The notes beneath the pieces were generated by a model. The model did not search any database. It was given only the letters and a program-made list of their open reading frames with translations, and was not told the DNA's origin. Positions 41,759 to 50,486 of a DNA stretch of 64,000 nucleotides are shown one piece after another (the stretch's first letter is position 1; each line of letters starts with the position of its first letter). Origin of the DNA: an uncultured Dehalococcoidia bacterium (GTDB lineage Bacteria > Chloroflexota > Dehalococcoidia > Lucifugimonadales > Australimonadaceae); contig CAZLKC010000007.1 of NCBI GenBank assembly GCA_964560025.1, positions 7,365-71,364 of the forward strand, in the 5' to 3' direction. Made by a program: the position numbers and the translations under genes.

Positions 41759-43405
41759 ATGACCGACTGGAAGAACCGGCTGTATTTCGGCGACAACCTG
41801 CCCATCCTGCGGGAGCGCGTGGCGAGCGAGAGCGTCGACCTCATCTACCTCGACCCGCCGTTCAACTCGAACGCGACGTACAACGTGCTGTTCCGCGAGA
41901 CGAGCGGGGAGGCGTCGGCGGCGCAGATCCGGGCGTTCGACGACACGTGGCATTGGGACATCGAGTCGGAGGCGGCGTACGAAGACGTGGTGCGCGACGG
42001 CCCGCCTGAGTTGGCGAATATGCTCCAGGCGATGCGGGGATTCCTGGGCCGCAACGACATGATGGCCTACCTGACGATGATGGCGCAGCGGATAATCGAG
42101 CTGCATCGGGTGTTGAAGCCGACGGGCAGCATCTACCTGCACTGCGACCTGACGGCCAATCACTATCTGAAGTTGCTGATGGACGCGACGTTCGGGGCAG
42201 CCAACTTCTTAAACCAGGTCACTTGGAAGCGCACGAGCGCGCACAGCGACGCGAAGGCTATGGGGCGCATCCAAGACACTATCCTGCTCTACGCCAAAGA
42301 CAGCGCCTTGTTCCTCTGGAACGACCAATATCAAGCCCACGACTCCGAGTACGTCAGGACTCACTACCGCTATAAGACGGACGATGGCCGCCTGTATCGC
42401 ACGGACAATCTGACCGCAGGAGGCTTGAGCGGCGGCGGGTACGAGTACGAATGGAACGGGGTAACGCGCGTGTGGCGCGCCCCGCGCGAGACTATGGAGC
42501 GTCTGCACAACGAGGGACGCATACGCTACACCCGCAACGGCGTGGCGGAGTACATCCGCTACCTCGACGAGATGCCGGGCATGCCCCTGCAAGATATCTG
42601 GACGGACATTCCGCCCGTCAATGCTCAGGCCAAGGAGCGCCTGGGCTACCCCACGCAGAAGCCGGAGGCGCTGCTGGAGCGCATCATCAAGGCGAGCAGC
42701 AACGAGGGCGACGTGGTGCTCGACCCGTTCTGCGGGTGCGGGACGGCCATCGCGGTGGCGGAGCGGCTGAGGCGGCGCTGGATCGGCATCGACATCACCC
42801 ACCTCGCCATCTCGCTGATGAAGGGGCGGCTGCGCGACGCGTTCGGCAGGAACTTGCGCCCCTACGACGTGGTGGGCGCGCCGGAAGACCTGGCGAGCGC
42901 GCGGGCGCTCGCTACGGAGAGCGAGCACGACGGGCGCTACCAGTTCGAGTATTGGGCGCTCGGCCTGGTGGAGGCGCGGCCTGCGAACCGAGGGCGCAAG
43001 GGCGCGGACGCGGGCGTGGACGGCTACATCAACTTCTTCGACGACAGGTCGGGGAAGGCCAAGCGGGTGCTGGTGCAGGTGAAGAGCGGCAAGGTGCAGC
43101 GTGGCGTGGTGGCGACGCTGCGGGGCGACATGGAGCGAGAGAAGGCGGAGATGGGGGTGCTGATCACGTTGGAGCCGCCTACGGAGCCGATGCTGCGGGA
43201 GACAGTGGCGGCGGGGTTCTACACGCCGGAGCACTTCCCCGACCGGCGTTTCCCGCGCGTGCAGATCGTAACCATCGCGGAGTTGCTGGAGGGGCGGCAG
43301 CCGGAGTTGCCGCGTTTGGGGTTGTCGTACGCGCCTACGTTCCGGCGCGCGCCGCGCAGCCAGCAGGTGGAGGAGCAGCCGGCGCTGTACGGGGCGCGCG
43401 GCTAG
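41759..43405 (+). CDS. Beta-class N6A/N4C DNA methyltransferase fused to a C-terminal Mrr-like (PD-(D/E)xK) restriction-endonuclease domain
   Basis: From ATG 41759: motif IV DLIYLDPPFNSN comes before motif I VLDPFCGCGTAIAVAE...WIGIDI. The C-terminus reads YQFEYWALGLV...GADAGVDGYINFF...KRVLVQVKSGKV....V..L.G.......GVLITL (Mrr_cat-like). The central part is AT-richer. Confidence 0.85.
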   Translation: MTDWKNRLYFGDNLPILRERVASESVDLIYLDPPFNSNATYNVLFRETSGEASAAQIRAFDDTWHWDIESEAAYEDVVRDGPPELANMLQAMRGFLGRNDMMAYLTMMAQRIIELHRVLKPTGSIYLHCDLTANHYLKLLMDATFGAANFLNQVTWKRTSAHSDAKAMGRIQDTILLYAKDSALFLWNDQYQAHDSEYVRTHYRYKTDDGRLYRTDNLTAGGLSGGGYEYEWNGVTRVWRAPRETMERLHNEGRIRYTRNGVAEYIRYLDEMPGMPLQDIWTDIPPVNAQAKERLGYPTQKPEALLERIIKASSNEGDVVLDPFCGCGTAIAVAERLRRRWIGIDITHLAISLMKGRLRDAFGRNLRPYDVVGAPEDLASARALATESEHDGRYQFEYWALGLVEARPANRGRKGADAGVDGYINFFDDRSGKAKRVLVQVKSGKVQRGVVATLRGDMEREKAEMGVLITLEPPTEPMLRETVAAGFYTPEHFPDRRFPRVQIVTIAELLEGRQPELPRLGLSYAPTFRRAPRSQQVEEQPALYGARG

Positions 43406-44271
43406 CGGACGCCTTGCGCGGCTAGCGCGTCGTGCAGGATCCGGAGCGTCTCGCTGTTCTCGTCGAGGGGGAAGCCGTCGACGGAGGCGATGGGCTTGCC
43501 GCTGGAGCCGTCCACGCCGCCGAGGTCTACGCACGTCCGCACCCACTGCGCCTCGCGCTCGACGCTGGGCAGCAGGTTGCGTCCGGCGAGTTTGGAGAGA
43601 GAGGCGACGAGGCCGTAGCCGCCCCAGTTGGAGACGCTGCTGATGACGAGTCGGCTGCACGCCGTCGCCGACGGGTCGTCGGGCAGCGCCTCCACGCCGC
43701 GAATCTGCTCGGCCAAGGCGCCCATGCCTATCTCGTTGCCGCCGTCGCCGATTCCGACGGAGTCCTGCACTAGGTCGAAGATGGGGTCGACCTTGGCGGT
43801 GTAGGCGGAGATGTCGAGGGAGCGCATATTGCGGTAGAGGCCCTGCTGGGTGATGCTGCACCGCTCGATGGCCACGGCGACGGCGGGGCGGACGCGCTCC
43901 ACCAGTTCGCGGGCGAAGGCGCGGCTCTCTTCCATATCGGCGATGGGGAACTCGACGACCTCGGCGTGGGGGGCGAGACCGTGCATAATGGCGCCGCCGT
44001 GGATGTCGGTGACGTAGACGACTTGGCGGCCGAGCGCCTCCAGCGCCTCGCCAATGGCGGCGGCGCCGGGCGGGCCGTCCGTCTCCACTGCGCCGCCGGA
44101 GAGGATGTAGAAGCCGGTTGCGACGAGCGCGGGGCCGGGGCGTTCGTAGAGGAAGCGGGCCGCGTCGTCGCAGAAGTCGGGGCGCAGATGGGGCCGCAGC
44201 GCGTGCATGCTGCGTCCGTCGCGGCGCAGGATGATGTCCTCGATGGTCTGGGCAGCGGCTTGGCCGGCCAT
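43402..44271 (-). CDS. DUF4392 (D-glutamate cyclase-like C-terminal domain) protein
   Basis: Real C-terminal 289 aa of track ORF 43402..45036, from ATG 44271: ...ATGFYILSGGAVETDGPPGAAAIGEAL...GIGDGGNEIGMG...SNWGGYGL. Confidence 0.75.
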   Translation of the reverse strand: MAGQAAAQTIEDIILRRDGRSMHALRPHLRPDFCDDAARFLYERPGPALVATGFYILSGGAVETDGPPGAAAIGEALEALGRQVVYVTDIHGGAIMHGLAPHAEVVEFPIADMEESRAFARELVERVRPAVAVAIERCSITQQGLYRNMRSLDISAYTAKVDPIFDLVQDSVGIGDGGNEIGMGALAEQIRGVEALPDDPSATACSRLVISSVSNWGGYGLVASLSKLAGRNLLPSVEREAQWVRTCVDLGGVDGSSGKPIASVDGFPLDENSETLRILHDALAAQGVR

Positions 44272-44273
44272 CG

Positions 44274-45011
44274 CTAGCCCGCGCTGACGGCGCCGGGCTC
44301 CAGGCGCAGGAGCGCGCCGAATCCGTCCACCGGCGCCGTGCGGCCCACGGCGCGCAGCGACGCCCAGATGGTGGCCTGGTTGGAGGTCACCACCGGCTTG
44401 CCCAGTTCGCGCTCTAACTCCTCCACCGCCTCCATCGCGCGCCAGTTGGTGCAGGAGAGGAAGAAGCCGTCCACGTCGCGCGCCATATGCTGCTTGGCGA
44501 AGGCGGCTATCTGCTCCGGCGTCTGGTCGCCGATGTCGAGGTTGGCGACCAGTTGTTGTCCCGCCATGCTGGCGATGTCGAAGCCCTTGTCCTCGAAGAA
44601 GGCGGCGAGGCGCTCGTTGATGGAGTTGATGTACGGGGTAACGACGGCGACGCGGCGCAAGCCCATAGCATGGAGCGCGTCGATGACGGCGGGAGTCGTG
44701 CCGACGGCGTTGGTTCCGCGCGCGGCGTCGGAGACGCGGGCGAGGAGGGAGTCGTCGTAGCCGGGGCCGCCGAGGAAGCTGCCGCTGGTGCAGGCGTAGG
44801 CGATGACGTCGACGCCCGCCGATTCGAGGGAGCGAGCGGCCTCCTCCGCGTCCTGGTTCATACGCTCGAGCATCTCGATGGTGGTGTCCACCAGGAAGAC
44901 GCGGGCGGTGTGGAGCGAGGTTTCGGCGTCGAGGACGCGCTGGTAGTCGTACTCGGCAGTCGAGTTGGACGACGGCACGATGAGTCCGATGCGCGTGCGG
45001 CGGCTGCTCAT
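44274..45011 (-). CDS. Asp/Glu/hydantoin-racemase superfamily protein (maleate isomerase / arylmalonate decarboxylase-like)
   Basis: RIGLIVPSSNSTAEYDY..., ...AYACTSGSF..., ...FLSCTNWRAMEAV..LE..LGKPVVTSNQA..W show two active-site Cys motifs. Confidence 0.85.
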   Translation of the reverse strand: MSSRRTRIGLIVPSSNSTAEYDYQRVLDAETSLHTARVFLVDTTIEMLERMNQDAEEAARSLESAGVDVIAYACTSGSFLGGPGYDDSLLARVSDAARGTNAVGTTPAVIDALHAMGLRRVAVVTPYINSINERLAAFFEDKGFDIASMAGQQLVANLDIGDQTPEQIAAFAKQHMARDVDGFFLSCTNWRAMEAVEELERELGKPVVTSNQATIWASLRAVGRTAPVDGFGALLRLEPGAVSAG

Positions 45012-45139
45012 AGGGGCACCTCCTGTTGGGGCGCACTATACGCTACGCGGCGCTTTGACGCTCCCTCTGCGCGTGCCGTAACCTTGCGGCGCGCCGGGGG
45101 CTCCCTACCCGCCCGGCGACACGGAGCAGAGCGACGCCT

Positions 45140-45478
45140 ATGACCATCCGCAAGACGCCCTACGTCGACCCGACCGAGATATCGGTGGACTACTACAAGG
45201 TGCTGGCCTGGCAAGAGGCGCGGCGCATGCTGGAGTGGCGGCTGCCTGCGGGGAAGTCGGACCGGCGCCACTCGCACCCCAACGCGCTGGTCTACTTCGT
45301 GAAGGGCGCGAAACTCCAGTTCTCCTACGACGATGGCTCGACGGTCGAGGAGGAGTACGCCGACGGAGCGGTGGCGGCGTGGGGCGACGTTACGCACAAG
45401 GTGCGGAACGTGGGCGAGAGCGACCTGCACGCGATCGTGTTCGAGTTGATGACGATCCGGTCGTCCGCCGGGGGATAG
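45140..45478 (+). CDS. Cupin-domain protein
   Basis: 112 aa: ...HSHPNALVYFVKG...W.DV.HKV.N.G....H.I.FE is the cupin two-motif pattern. Confidence 0.75.
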   Translation: MTIRKTPYVDPTEISVDYYKVLAWQEARRMLEWRLPAGKSDRRHSHPNALVYFVKGAKLQFSYDDGSTVEEEYADGAVAAWGDVTHKVRNVGESDLHAIVFELMTIRSSAGG

Positions 45479-45530
45479 CGGCGCCTCGCCTCCATCGTTC
45501 CGGTTTTCGGAGACCGCTCCGCAACGTGTA

Positions 45531-45560
45531 AGGGGCGACCGGCTGGTCGCCCCTACAAGG
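45531..45560 (+). repeat. Module C copy with an altered loop (ggct instead of agca)
   Basis: aggggcgacc-ggct-ggtcgcccctacaagg. Confidence 0.8.
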
Positions 45561-45580
45561 AGCGCCGCAGCCAGGGCTCC

Positions 45581-46507
45581 TTAGGTGGGGCGGAGGCGCT
45601 GCTCGGCGGCGCGGACTAGTTCGTCGGCGTCTACGCGCCACTCGATGCGCGGATCGTCGCGGCGAAACCATGCGGCTTGGCGGCGCAGCAGCGCGTGGTG
45701 GGCCGTCCGCGCGTGCTCAACGGCCTCGGGGAGCGTGAGGTCGCCCGCGAGGTGGCCGGCGAGCACGCGGTAACCGGCGGAGGAGAAGGCGGGCGATTCG
45801 GGGGAGCAGCCCGCCGCCAGGAGCGCGGCCACCTCCTCCAGCCAGCCGCCGGCCAGCATCCGTTCCACGCGCGCGTCGACGCGGCGGCGGAGTTCGTCGC
45901 GGGAGCGCCATAGACCGGTGAGGTGCGCCTCGAACGGCGGCGCTTGCTTGACGCGCTGAGCGGAGAAGGGCTGCCCCGTTGCGTGGAAGACCTCGAGGGC
46001 GCGGACGACGCGGCGCACGTTCCTCGCGTCGATGGCAGCGGCGGACGCGGGGTCGACGCGGCGCAGCGCGTCGTGGAGCACCTCTGCGCCGTCTACGCGC
46101 GCTTGGCGCTCGAGGCGTTCGCGCACCTCCGGTTGGGCGGGGACGCGGGGCGTTCGCCAGCCCTCGGCGAGCGCCCAGACGTACTGTCCTGCGCCGCCCA
46201 CGACCACGGGAAGGCGGCGCCGTTCGAGCGCACCGTCGATGGCGGCGCGGGCGAGGTCGAGGTAGGCGGCGAGGTTGAAGCGCTCGTCCGGGTCGGCGAC
46301 GTCGAAGAGGTGGTGGGGGCAGACGGCGCGCTGCTCCGCCGTGGGCTTGGCCGCGCCGATGGAGAGGCGGCGGTAGACCTGGCGGCTGTCGGCGTTGATC
46401 ACCTCGATGGGGAGGCGTTCGGCCAGCAGCAGCGCGGCGTCCGTCTTGCCGGAGGCGGTGGGGCCGACGATGAAGAGGACGGGCGGCTTGGGCTGCGCGG
46501 TCGCCAC
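45581..46507 (-). CDS. miaA: tRNA dimethylallyltransferase
   Basis: From GTG 46507: ...PPVLFIVGPTASGKTDAALLLAERLP.EVINADSRQVYR.L.IG.AKP..E......PHHL. Confidence 0.9.
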   Translation of the reverse strand: MATAQPKPPVLFIVGPTASGKTDAALLLAERLPIEVINADSRQVYRRLSIGAAKPTAEQRAVCPHHLFDVADPDERFNLAAYLDLARAAIDGALERRRLPVVVGGAGQYVWALAEGWRTPRVPAQPEVRERLERQARVDGAEVLHDALRRVDPASAAAIDARNVRRVVRALEVFHATGQPFSAQRVKQAPPFEAHLTGLWRSRDELRRRVDARVERMLAGGWLEEVAALLAAGCSPESPAFSSAGYRVLAGHLAGDLTLPEAVEHARTAHHALLRRQAAWFRRDDPRIEWRVDADELVRAAEQRLRPT

Positions 46508-46517
46508 CGGGGAGCGG

Positions 46518-47288
46518 TCAGGAGGCGATGCCCGCTTGGGCGACGGAGGCGGCGATGGCGACGAATTGGCCGGCGCGGAGGCTCGCGCCGCCGACCAGGG
46601 CGCCGTCGATATCCGGCTCGGCGACGAAGGAGGCGATGTTGTCCGGGTTGACGCTGCCGCCGTAGAGCAGCGGCACGCGGACGGCGACAGGGGCGTTCGC
46701 GAGTTCGCCCAGTTCGCGGCGCAGGCCGCCCATCGCCTCTTGGGCGACGTCGGGCGTTGCGGCGCGGCCCGTGCCGATCGCCCACACCGGCTCGTAAGCG
46801 ACGGCGACGCGCGCGACCGCATCGGCATCGAGGCCGTCGAGGCCGCGGCGCAACTGCTCGCGGCAGACGGCGGCGGCGCGGCCCGCCTCGCGCTGCTCCA
46901 GCGTCTCGCCGAGGCAGAAGATGGGCGTGAGGCCCAGGCCGAGCGCGGCGTGCACCTTGCGGTTAATGAAGTCGTCCGTCTCGCCGAAGAGTTGGCGGCG
47001 CTCGGAGTGGCCAAGGATGACGTAGGCGCAGAGGTCGCGCACCATCGCGCCGGAGACCTCGCCGGTGAAGGCGCCGCTCGCCTCGGGGTGCATGTTCTGC
47101 GCGCCCACCTCCACGCCCGAGCCTCTCAGCGCGGCGGCGACGGCGGCGAGCGCGGTGAAGGGCGGGCAGACGACGCGCGTCGCGCCCGTGAGCGGGGCGA
47201 GACCGCCGCGCATCTCCTCGGCGAGGGCGGCGGCCTCGGCGACGGTGAGGTGCATCTTCCAGTTGGCGGCGGCGAAGGGGGTTGCCAT
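46518..47288 (-). CDS. tpiA: Triosephosphate isomerase
   Basis: From ATG 47288: PFAAANWKMH..., ILGHSERR, AYEPVWAIGTG, YGGSV. Confidence 0.93.
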   Translation of the reverse strand: MATPFAAANWKMHLTVAEAAALAEEMRGGLAPLTGATRVVCPPFTALAAVAAALRGSGVEVGAQNMHPEASGAFTGEVSGAMVRDLCAYVILGHSERRQLFGETDDFINRKVHAALGLGLTPIFCLGETLEQREAGRAAAVCREQLRRGLDGLDADAVARVAVAYEPVWAIGTGRAATPDVAQEAMGGLRRELGELANAPVAVRVPLLYGGSVNPDNIASFVAEPDIDGALVGGASLRAGQFVAIAASVAQAGIAS

Positions 47289-47293
47289 AGGCG

Positions 47294-48073
47294 TTACGCG
47301 GCGGGGAGGTCGGTGATGAACATATGGCCGGGGCTGTGGGTGATGACGAGGGGCAGGCGGACGCGCTCGGCGACGGCCTGCGGCGTAACGCCGCACGCCC
47401 AATAGACGGGCGTCTCGCCAGGGCGCACCTCCACCGGGTCGCCGTAGTCGGGGTGGTCGAGGTCGTCGATGCCAAGCGCGGCGGGGTCGCCGACATGGAC
47501 GGGCGCGCCGTGGGAGAGGGGCACGGAGCCGCTCACCTCGGCGGCTAGGGCAAGTTTGTCGTCCGCGACGGGGCGCATCGTTACGACGAGGGGGCCGTTG
47601 AAGACGCCCGCGGGCGTGGTCTCGACGCCGGTTACGTAGGTGGGCGCGGGCGCGCCGGTCTCCTGGTGGCGCATCGGGATGCCGACACGGACGAGGGAGT
47701 GCTCGAAGCCGAAACTGCATCCCAACAGGAAGGCGGTCAACCCTTCGGCCCATAGGTGGAGGATGTTGACCGGCTCCTCCTCCGCCTCGCCATAGCGGAA
47801 GACGCGGTAGCGGGAGAGGTCTTGGCGCACGTCGGCGCCGGGGGCGGAGCGCTTGGGCTCGGGGTCGCCGGGAGCGAGTTGCTCGATGAGGGGGCAGGGC
47901 TGCGGGTTGCGCTCGCAGTAGAGGCGGAAGTCGGCGGCCAACTCGTTGGGGAGGATGACGAGGTTGGCTTGGAGGTAGCCGGGGGCGTAGCCGGAGGTGA
48001 CGCCCGGCAGCAGGCCCTGGCGGATGCGGGCGCGGAGTTCGGCGGGGGTGTAGGGCGTTGCGGGCGCGGTCAT
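47294..48073 (-). CDS. DUF1445/UPF0317 putative hydro-lyase (D-glutamate cyclase-like N-terminal domain family)
   Basis: From ATG 48073: ...TSGYAPGYLQANLVILP...DF..YCERNPQPCPLIE...VYWACGVTPQ are family hallmarks. Confidence 0.8.
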   Translation of the reverse strand: MTAPATPYTPAELRARIRQGLLPGVTSGYAPGYLQANLVILPNELAADFRLYCERNPQPCPLIEQLAPGDPEPKRSAPGADVRQDLSRYRVFRYGEAEEEPVNILHLWAEGLTAFLLGCSFGFEHSLVRVGIPMRHQETGAPAPTYVTGVETTPAGVFNGPLVVTMRPVADDKLALAAEVSGSVPLSHGAPVHVGDPAALGIDDLDHPDYGDPVEVRPGETPVYWACGVTPQAVAERVRLPLVITHSPGHMFITDLPAA

Positions 48074-48083
48074 AGGCAGGTTC

Positions 48084-49289
48084 CTATGGTCCAAACTTGG
48101 CCAGCTTGCCCGCGTGAGCAAGGGCGAGGTTCATTATGTGCTTCGCCTCGAAGACGCCGAGCGGGCCGCGGCGCAGGTCGCGCTCGTTGAAGCGGTCCAC
48201 GCCCTCCCCTAGCGTCCATTGCGACCGGAGCAGGAAGGGGACGGGGTGCCACGAGTGGGCGGCCATGATGGCGGGGGTGGAGTGGTCGCCCGCCACCATC
48301 AGCACGTCGGGCTTGAGGTCGAGCAGGGCGGGGATGAAGTCGTCGAGGCTTTCGAGCGCTTTGCGCTTCTTGTCGAAGTCGCCGTCCTCGCCCGCCGCGT
48401 CGGTGTTCTTGTAGTGGAGGAAGAAGAAGTCGTGCTCGTCCCAGTGCTCGCGCAGCGTGCGCACTTCCGCCTCGAAGTCGCCGCCCGTCTCGAGTACGCG
48501 CATGCCGACGATGGAGGCGAGGCCCCGGTACATCGGATAGGCGGCGACGGCGGCGGGCGTCAGGGCGTAGGAATCGCCGAAGGAGGGCAGATCGGGCGCG
48601 ACCGACCAGCCGCGCAGCAGCACCATATTGGCGGCCTCTTGGTCGTGGAGCGCCTCGCGGGCGTGCTCAACGAATGCGTTCGCGGCGGCGGCAGTCGCGT
48701 CGGCGTCTTTGGCGCGCGGCTCTACCATAAGGGGCGGCACGCCCGTCAGTTGCGGGTCGGTCTCGGTGAGTTGGTCACTGAGGCCTTTGCCGCGCAGCCG
48801 CAGCACGAAGCGATAGTCCTTCACGTGCTCGACGGACACCCCGAGCCCGTTGAGGCTGATTTGGGCGAGGCGCTCGGCGAGCGGCGCGGCCAGTTCGGAG
48901 GCGATGCGCCCGGCGCGGCGGTCGACCAGGTTGCCGTCGGCGTCGACGGTGGCGAAGTTGCCGCGGGCGGCTACGTCGCCGGGGCGCAACTCCATCTCGA
49001 TGCCGATGGCCTCCAGCGCGCCGCGCCCGATGAGGTATCTGAGCGGGTCGTAGCCGAAGAGCGCGAGGTGGCCGGGGCCGGAGCCGGGCGCGACGCCTGG
49101 CGCGACGGGGATGGTGAGGCCTGCGGCGGACGCCTGGGCAAGGCGGTTCAGGTTCGGGATGCGGGCGGACTCCAGCTCGGAGCGGCGGGAGCCGGGCGCG
49201 GGCGCGCCGCCGAGGCCGTCGGCGACGAGCATCAGTATCTTCGAGTCGGTCTTGCGAACGATGTCGGACAGGTAGGGGAAGTCGATCAT
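48084..49289 (-). CDS. apgM: Cofactor-independent phosphoglycerate mutase, archaeal type
   Basis: 401 aa: ...ILMLVADGLGG...IP.TP.L..LA....G......GV.PGSG.GHLALFGYDP...VAGDHSTP. Confidence 0.85.
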   Translation of the reverse strand: MIDFPYLSDIVRKTDSKILMLVADGLGGAPAPGSRRSELESARIPNLNRLAQASAAGLTIPVAPGVAPGSGPGHLALFGYDPLRYLIGRGALEAIGIEMELRPGDVAARGNFATVDADGNLVDRRAGRIASELAAPLAERLAQISLNGLGVSVEHVKDYRFVLRLRGKGLSDQLTETDPQLTGVPPLMVEPRAKDADATAAAANAFVEHAREALHDQEAANMVLLRGWSVAPDLPSFGDSYALTPAAVAAYPMYRGLASIVGMRVLETGGDFEAEVRTLREHWDEHDFFFLHYKNTDAAGEDGDFDKKRKALESLDDFIPALLDLKPDVLMVAGDHSTPAIMAAHSWHPVPFLLRSQWTLGEGVDRFNERDLRRGPLGVFEAKHIMNLALAHAGKLAKFGP

Positions 49290-49298
49290 TCGCCGCTC

Positions 49299-50486
49299 CT
49301 AGCGATCGTCCAGCGCCGCCACGCCGGGCAGTTCGGCGCCTTCGAGGAACTCGAGGGACGCGCCGCCGCCGGTGGAGACGTGGGACATTCTATCGGCCAG
49401 GCCGAAGGCCGCCACCGCTTCTGCGGTGGAGCCGCCGCCGATGACGGTCGTGGCGCCGCTCTCGGCCAGCGCCTGGGCGACGGCGCGGGAGCCTTGGTCG
49501 AAGGGGGGAACCTCCGCCACGCCCATCGGGCCGTTCCACACGATGGTCTTCATCGTGCGCAGCGCGGCGGCGAAGGCGGCGGAGGCCTGGGGGCCGATGT
49601 CCAGGACCATCCAGCCGTCCGGCACGGCGGAGGCCGCCGTTATCTGCGTGGGCGCGCCGGGCTCGATGCGCTGGGCTATCGCCACGTCTTGCGGCAGATG
49701 GAGGGCTACGCCTGATTCCTCCACGCGGCGGAGGGCGGCGGCGCAGAAGTCGATGAGGTCTTCCTCCACGAGCGAATCGCCTACGCTGTGCCCCTGCGCC
49801 TTGAGAAAGGACGCGGCCATGCCGCCGCCGATGAAGACCGCGTCCGCCTGCAGCAGCAGGCGATCGAGCACCTTCACCTTGTCGCTGACCTTCGCGCCGC
49901 CGAACACGGCGGCTAGGGGACGTTCGGGCGATTCGAGCACGGCGCCGAGATAGGCTAGCTCCTTCTCCATAAGCAGTCCCGTGCAAGCGGGGAGATGGGC
50001 GGCGACGCGCTCGGTGGAGGCGTGAGCGCGGTGCGCCGTGCCGAAGGCGTCGTTGACGTAGGCGTCGGCCAGGCGCGCTAGGGCGGCGGCAAAGGCGTCG
50101 GAGTTGGCTTCCTCGCCGGGGTAGAAGCGAATGTTCTCCAGCAGCAGCACGTCGCCGGGGTTGAGCGCCTCGGCGCGAGCGCGGGCGTCGGTGCCGGGGG
50201 CGTCGTGGACGTAGGTTACGGGCGCGGCGAGCAGCTCGGACAGTCGCTCGGCGATGGGGCCGAGCTCGAGCGCGGGGTCGGGCTTGCCCTTCGGCCGCCC
50301 CAGGTGCGTAACGAGGATGACGGCGGCGCCCTGCCCTCGCAGATGCTCGATGGTGGGGAGCGCGGCGCGGATGCGGGCGTCGTCGGAGATGCGGTCGGCG
50401 CCGCGCTCGAAAGGCACGTTGAAGTCCACGCGCACGAGGGCGCGCTTGCCCCGCCACTCGACGTCGCGGACGCTCTTCTTGTTCAT
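49299..50486 (-). CDS. pgk: Phosphoglycerate kinase
   Basis: From ATG 50486: ...RVDFNVP...ILVTHLGRPKGK...LLENIRFYPGEE...VNDAFGTAHRAHAST...GGGDT-like GGGSTAEA. Confidence 0.93.
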   Translation of the reverse strand: MNKKSVRDVEWRGKRALVRVDFNVPFERGADRISDDARIRAALPTIEHLRGQGAAVILVTHLGRPKGKPDPALELGPIAERLSELLAAPVTYVHDAPGTDARARAEALNPGDVLLLENIRFYPGEEANSDAFAAALARLADAYVNDAFGTAHRAHASTERVAAHLPACTGLLMEKELAYLGAVLESPERPLAAVFGGAKVSDKVKVLDRLLLQADAVFIGGGMAASFLKAQGHSVGDSLVEEDLIDFCAAALRRVEESGVALHLPQDVAIAQRIEPGAPTQITAASAVPDGWMVLDIGPQASAAFAAALRTMKTIVWNGPMGVAEVPPFDQGSRAVAQALAESGATTVIGGGSTAEAVAAFGLADRMSHVSTGGGASLEFLEGAELPGVAALDDR

